From positions 79,052,001-79,116,000 of the forward strand of contig CM059432.1 of NCBI GenBank assembly GCA_030390025.1: DNA of 64,000 bases, read 5' to 3'. Source of the stretch: Squalus acanthias (taxonomy: Eukaryota). The translations under genes were made by a program, and so were the position numbers. The notes under the pieces were generated by a model. It was not told the origin of the DNA. It did not search any database and worked only from the letters and a program-made list of their open reading frames with translations. Shown here piece after piece: positions 59,055 to 64,000 of this stretch (positions within the stretch are counted from its first letter, which is position 1; each line of letters begins with the position of its first letter).

Positions 59055-61662
59055 CCATTAAGGTTGCTAGAAGGCAGAGGGAAGACATTTCAAGATCAAT
59101 ATGGTCTTGCATATCCTTAACAGAAGCGCTACCAGATGCTTCAGGTTCTTCAGTTTTCCAGGAATGAGCTGCAGATGTTGAAGCAGCAGGCACAGGTTCC
59201 TTGCTGTCCTTCAGAATCTCCACAGAAACGCGATCACCATGCTGCAGGGGCAAAACCTCGTTCTCCCGTCCCACTTTAGGAGGATGCAGTTCCTTTGGCG
59301 GAAAGCCATACCGTATGCATTGCAAACGTGGAGGAAGGTTAAATTCTTTAGCTATGCTTTCTTGAAATTCAGAAAATGTTACAGATGCTTGAAGAGTCAG
59401 TGTTGCCTGTCGCCCATCACTAGTGGTTACTCTAATCTTTTTTTCCTTGGTAGCTGATGGGGAATAAGGGGACTTAGTGGGAGTGGCTGGGGCAGATGAT
59501 GAGCCATCTTTAACAATTCCAGAAGAAGATGGTTGGGCTGGTCCCTTCTGATCCTGTCGTAATTGGTCAGTTTTCCGCTTTTGCACAATAGCTGCATGGT
59601 CAGTAATATTCTGCTGAATACCTCGTTCAGTTTTACTCATGTTCAGTTCTTCTTTATGCAGAGTCTTTGATTTCTGACCCATTAAAATAATTTTGGTAGG
59701 TAAATGTGGCTCTGATATTGGCTCATCTTGCAAATCACCAACTCTACGACTATGTGCGCCTTCAACAGTGACTGGAGTATATTCATCAGGATTCTTTTTG
59801 GCTGTATGATGTAATATGGTGTTAACAACTTTCTGAATCAAGATTTCACTTCCAAATTCACCAGGAAAATGCTTGGTGACAAGCTTCATAGCAACATCAT
59901 AAACATTGCTGTTTAGAGCCACTTCACTTTCATATTGAAACCAATAAACAGTTTCTCGCACCACCCTTCCATTCCATTCCAAAGTTATTGGGAATGCTTC
60001 AGGTAAGTTATCATATTCCTTTCCTTCCCAGTAATGCTTGTAGCCACAGCCACATTTGCCTCCAGCAGATCTGGCATTAGTTCGATCTCCATCTAAGTAC
60101 ACAACAGAACCATCCCCTCTAACATGGCGCATGGAAGTACCATGACACCAGTTGCAGGATGTTAAGTGACTCAAATTATAGTCTGGCACCAGTACATCTT
60201 CTTTAGGGTCATATGAGCACACCAGATGGTGAACAGGAAAACTATAATTTTTGTCTGGCTTCAATTGACCATGGGTGCTTGTAGCCAAGTTGTATAACTT
60301 TCCTCCTGGAGCTAGCCACTCTGTAGGCACATGAAGCTCTGAAAGAGCACCACAAATCAAACATTTCTGCAAACGATTTTCAATGACAGCCTTCTTTGCA
60401 GCTTCAGTAACATCCTCAGGCTGTATTCCAATTACCCCTGTCCTTCTGTATATATATTGATGAACATCTGCTACCAGAGAAGGGTGGATGTCATGCTTCT
60501 TCAAGAAAATTTCTTCCATTGCAGCAACTAGCCTCTGCAAGTACTTGTCCTGCAAACTTCGGTCACCTCCTAATAGACAGCTGTCATCTTCAAACTGTAT
60601 GTACTTCCTAATAAGCTCCTGTGGGACACCCCAGGCTTTAGGCAACAATTTCAAAGGAAGCCTGGGTAAAGGACCCCTTTTTATTCCAACCAAAGGTATA
60701 TAATGGTTGCGCCCTGAACTGCTCCATGCAATGCAAATAGGTTTATTAAGCTGTCCATCCTTTCCCCGACATTTTTCTTCAGGAACTAATCCTGGGAGAA
60801 AGGTAGCTGAATAATCACCACAACTTCTCATTCCACTCAGTGAATCTAGCAAAATGATTGGACGATGTAATACATTGGCCAAACCAAATATATGAATATT
60901 ACGTAGACCCAAAGGTACTCCTTCAGGAGGGACAAACAAAGGGTCACACTCATTAATGATATCCTCCCATTCTGCTGCATCAATGAAGTCATGGAATAAT
61001 GCCTTGTAACGATCCAGGTTTACTTTAAAATGCTGTTTGAGATTTTCACGCAAAGCATGCCAGAAAAGCTCTCTGCCCACCAAAGCCCTGGACACAGCAT
61101 GAACTAAACAATGACCATCACCATCAACATGAACAGGGATTAAACATTCTTGATTACTATTCGCCTTCTTAATCTCCTCCAGAGTATCATGGAGGTATAA
61201 CAGACTCCCTGAGCGATCTTTCCCATAGCCCATAGTCCCAATGTGCTCTGGATCAATAAGGAAAGCTCTGTCACCCAACAAGGCACAATCAAACATTTCC
61301 CCTTGGTTCATCTCTCTCAAGAGTTTGGCCTTCCCAGTTTGTTTATCCATGCCATACCGGGTCAGGATAGGAGACAGCAGCTTACAGTGGTAATTGGACA
61401 GTCCCATTACTTTCACCATTTCCGTGCCCTTTTTGGGGGCCGTGACTCCCAGCAAAGCATTCCTCAGCAGGTTGTGCAGTACCACGTCTGGGTCGGTGAC
61501 TTCCTCTACATTGAGCAGATTTCTTTGTTCATGGCGCTGGCCGCATTCGGTGCATTCTATACTGACTCCATAGGCTGGGAAAAACAGTCGAGCCTGGCAC
61601 TTGGGATCCGGACACGTACCCGATAGAATACGTTTGTCTTTTTTCTTAGATCCTTGCAACAT
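59055..61662 (-). CDS. VCPIP1: VCPIP1 exon 1 CDS: deubiquitinating protein VCIP135 (N-terminal Cys cluster, OTU domain, UBX-like region)
   Basis: The long ORF reads KRILSGTCPDPKCQARLFFPA...VHVDGDGHCLVHAVSRAL (OTU Asp/Cys)...AWSSSGRNHYIPL (OTU His), recognisable as VCPIP1. The ATG at 61662 has A at -3. The donor ATG G|GTGAGA lies at 59055/59054, giving 2608 nt and phase 1. Confidence 0.98.
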
Positions 61663-61789
61663 TGTTTCATTGATTATTCCTGGTTATAGTAAAATCAGTC
61701 TGTATATAATTTTAATCGTTAATGCTCACAGTGTCATGGTCAGTCAATAAGAGAGGCTGTTCCTGTCAGTAATGTTCTTTACTGGGAGG

Positions 61790-62130
61790 TGAAACGCGGA
61801 AGTACTCAGTTTCCTTCTCTTTCTCCTTCCACTCGCAGTTTCCGTTATCAAACGAAACGAAACAAGTCTCCTTTACTGAAGGCAGGAGAAACAGCGGCGA
61901 GGATGGAGGGAGTGCAGACACGCATGCGCCGGCAGCGCGATGCACGTCGGGGATCGTAGTTTTCCGTTGAGCGCATTGCCGTTGATATTGCGGATGGAAT
62001 GGCGAGCTTCTGAACTACGATTCCCGGCGGGCATTGAAGGGAGCAGCAAGCTGCCCACCGAGCGGAGGACTCGGACTGCTGGACAAGCGAAAGGTGTGCT
62101 GGGAGTCGAGGTGATGGTTAGGTCACGTTT
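61790..62130. promoter_or_regulatory. CpG-rich, probably bidirectional promoter of VCPIP1
   Basis: CpG-rich block upstream of the ATG. It has an NRF1-like ACGCATGCGC (61920-61929), two opposed ZNF143/SBS-type motifs (61936-61962 minus, 62012-62036 plus) and a YY1-like AATGGCG (61998-62004). Confidence 0.8.
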
Positions 62131-62934
62131 GTTTTTTTTGCTTTTGATGTAGTAATTTTGAAAGTCAGCGATAATAGGAATTGTGTGTTTCCTTGACCCC
62201 GTGACTTGATTAACCCAATTAAAATGATTTTTAAATTATTTTCCTGGCAAGTTCCACTTTACGATATGATGCCCTTAGTTTATGTATATGCAGTGTAGCC
62301 TTTCAAATATGTTTTTCCCCTGTATTGTGAGGACATGAACGAGCTGGTTCGGTGCAGTTGTCAGTTTAGAATGAGCTGTCAGGCCTGCTGCATGGTTACT
62401 AAGGAGAAGCGGATGTCATAGTTACCCGTCATTGTCCTGATTTGATGATGTTTAACGTCTTTCTCTGCGTGCGTGCGAAAGAGTCGCCGACGATGTCACA
62501 GTTTATCGTTCCCTGTTGCGATTTGATGACGCCACAGCAATTTTATTCTCTGTTGTTTAATTAGAGCACTGAAGGTGTCAGGGTTAATTGTGCGTGAGGG
62601 TTGAGAAAGCTTAGTTCCACACCTTTTGCAAAAACAGATTTCATGCCATGTTGGTGACTGCAGTATCATATATTTAGAAAACTGTAAACGTTGGAAATCT
62701 GAAATAAATACAGCAAATAGAGGTGGGCAAACCTAATTTTGTTGGAGAAACATCCTGAAAAAGCTCTGAAGCAAAAATATGTTTTACTTTTATATTTCTA
62801 AGCCACATCCTTGTGGTTCATTCAACCATGCCATCCTTGACAATAAACAGAAACAAAAAATGTTGATACTTCTCATAAAAAAACTCTGTAACTAAGGACA
62901 CTGATACTGGTAAGTCTGAAAAAACTCTCATTGT

Positions 62935-63305
62935 TTTACTTCTGTGTCTCATCTCTTCTGTCTCTCATATCCTTCCCTTCTATAAATGTGTCTCTCCATC
63001 TATGGTCATGTTGCTACTTCTATGTGTTATTCACTTCTTCTCTCCTATCTGTCTCACACACCCTGTGTCACCCACTCTTTTGATGTCTCACACTTCTCAC
63101 CTACCTATCTTTTTGTTTTCCTTTCTCTTCCATCCATTTCCTTTCATTCCCCTCTTTATTTCTCCTCCTTCCCATCACTTTCACATCTTTTCCTTCTCTA
63201 TTTCTCTCCTTTTTATCTTTCCTCCTTTCTCTTCTTCCCCTTTTACTTTTATCTTGTTCATGTGTTTCTTCCCACTGTGTCCCCCCTCTCCACTTTCCTT
63301 TCTTC
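62935..63305. repeat. Pyrimidine-rich (CT) low-complexity tract
   Basis: Direct observation. Confidence 0.75.
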
Positions 63306-63309
63306 TGGA

Positions 63310-64000
63310 AGGAGAAATTGGCACACAGGACTGTAGAGCAACAGTGGGATGTTTAAGAAAAGAAATTGTAAAGATACAGAATAAGTATATTCCAATCGAA
63401 AAGATGAAACTACTAGTAGTTTTAGAATGCCATGGATAAAGAGGCTAGAAACCACTTGAAGAAGGCATATGAGGACTATAAGAATAATAATGAAACAGCT
63501 AAAGCAGATAATGAGAAAATAAGCAGAGGTTAGGAGTGGCTACGGAAAGATAAGAAAGAATATGAAGGGGAAAAAAATCAAAAAACATCAAAAGGAACAG
63601 TATGGTATTTTAGAAATATATCAACAAAAAGAGAATTGTTGAAAACAAAGTAGGACCTCTGAGAGCAAAGGATTGTCAGTTTGTAGAGAATGATAAAAAA
63701 AATAGCAGATGTAGTTAATAAGTACTTCGCATTGGTCTTTACTAAAGAGAAAGATACCAGAGAGGAAGTGAATCCTGAAGTGGTAGAGAATGAGATGAGT
63801 GATATTGTGATGGATCAGGAGAAAAATTTAGATAAAGAAGAAATAGTTAGAAGTAGCGAGCATGGATTTCAAAAAGAGTCGATTGTGCTTGACAAACTTC
63901 ATTGAGTTATTTGAGAGGGTAACAGACATGGTAGATGGGGGAAATGTAGTGGATGCAGCTTACATGGACTTTAGGAGAGCAACATGGGAAATTACTAGAG
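63310..64000 (+). mobile_element. Old CR1 ORF2 fragment running off the window
   Basis: IADVVNKYFALVFTKE, EHGFQK, and gtggatgcagcttacatggactttag. Confidence 0.75.

Noticed and set aside
62986..63439. Phe/Ser/Leu-rich ORFs as membrane proteins
   Set aside because: These arise from a CT-rich low-complexity tract running into a CR1 fragment.

Overview
This is eukaryotic DNA, most likely from a cartilaginous fish (inferred from the repeat families and the protein sequence). The window holds the complete three-exon VCPIP1 (VCIP135) OTU deubiquitinase gene on the minus strand. Its CDS is 61662-59055, 35528-35442 and 28983-28064, giving 3615 nt and 1204 aa, followed by a ~4.3 kb repeat-free 3' UTR. 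About 6 kb downstream on the same strand lie the CpG-rich promoter and the 20-nt first coding exon of MYBL1 (A-MYB), whose intron 1 runs off the left edge. The VCPIP1 promoter looks bidirectional, with two opposed ZNF143-type motifs. Roughly half of the rest is decayed transposable elements: CR1, L2-like, a third CR1/L2-group LINE, an RTE LINE, tRNA-derived Deu-type SINEs, Penelope-like elements, a two-gene PIF/Harbinger remnant and several MITEs, often nested. The most unusual signal is two families of Penelope terminal repeats carrying minimal hammerhead-ribozyme motifs. Some occur as tiny (~180-200 bp) fold-back insertions with 14-bp target-site duplications and no coding sequence. There are no prokaryotic features, CRISPR arrays, rRNA genes or intact tRNA genes. 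TE boundaries are approximate unless a TSD or TIR is quoted.
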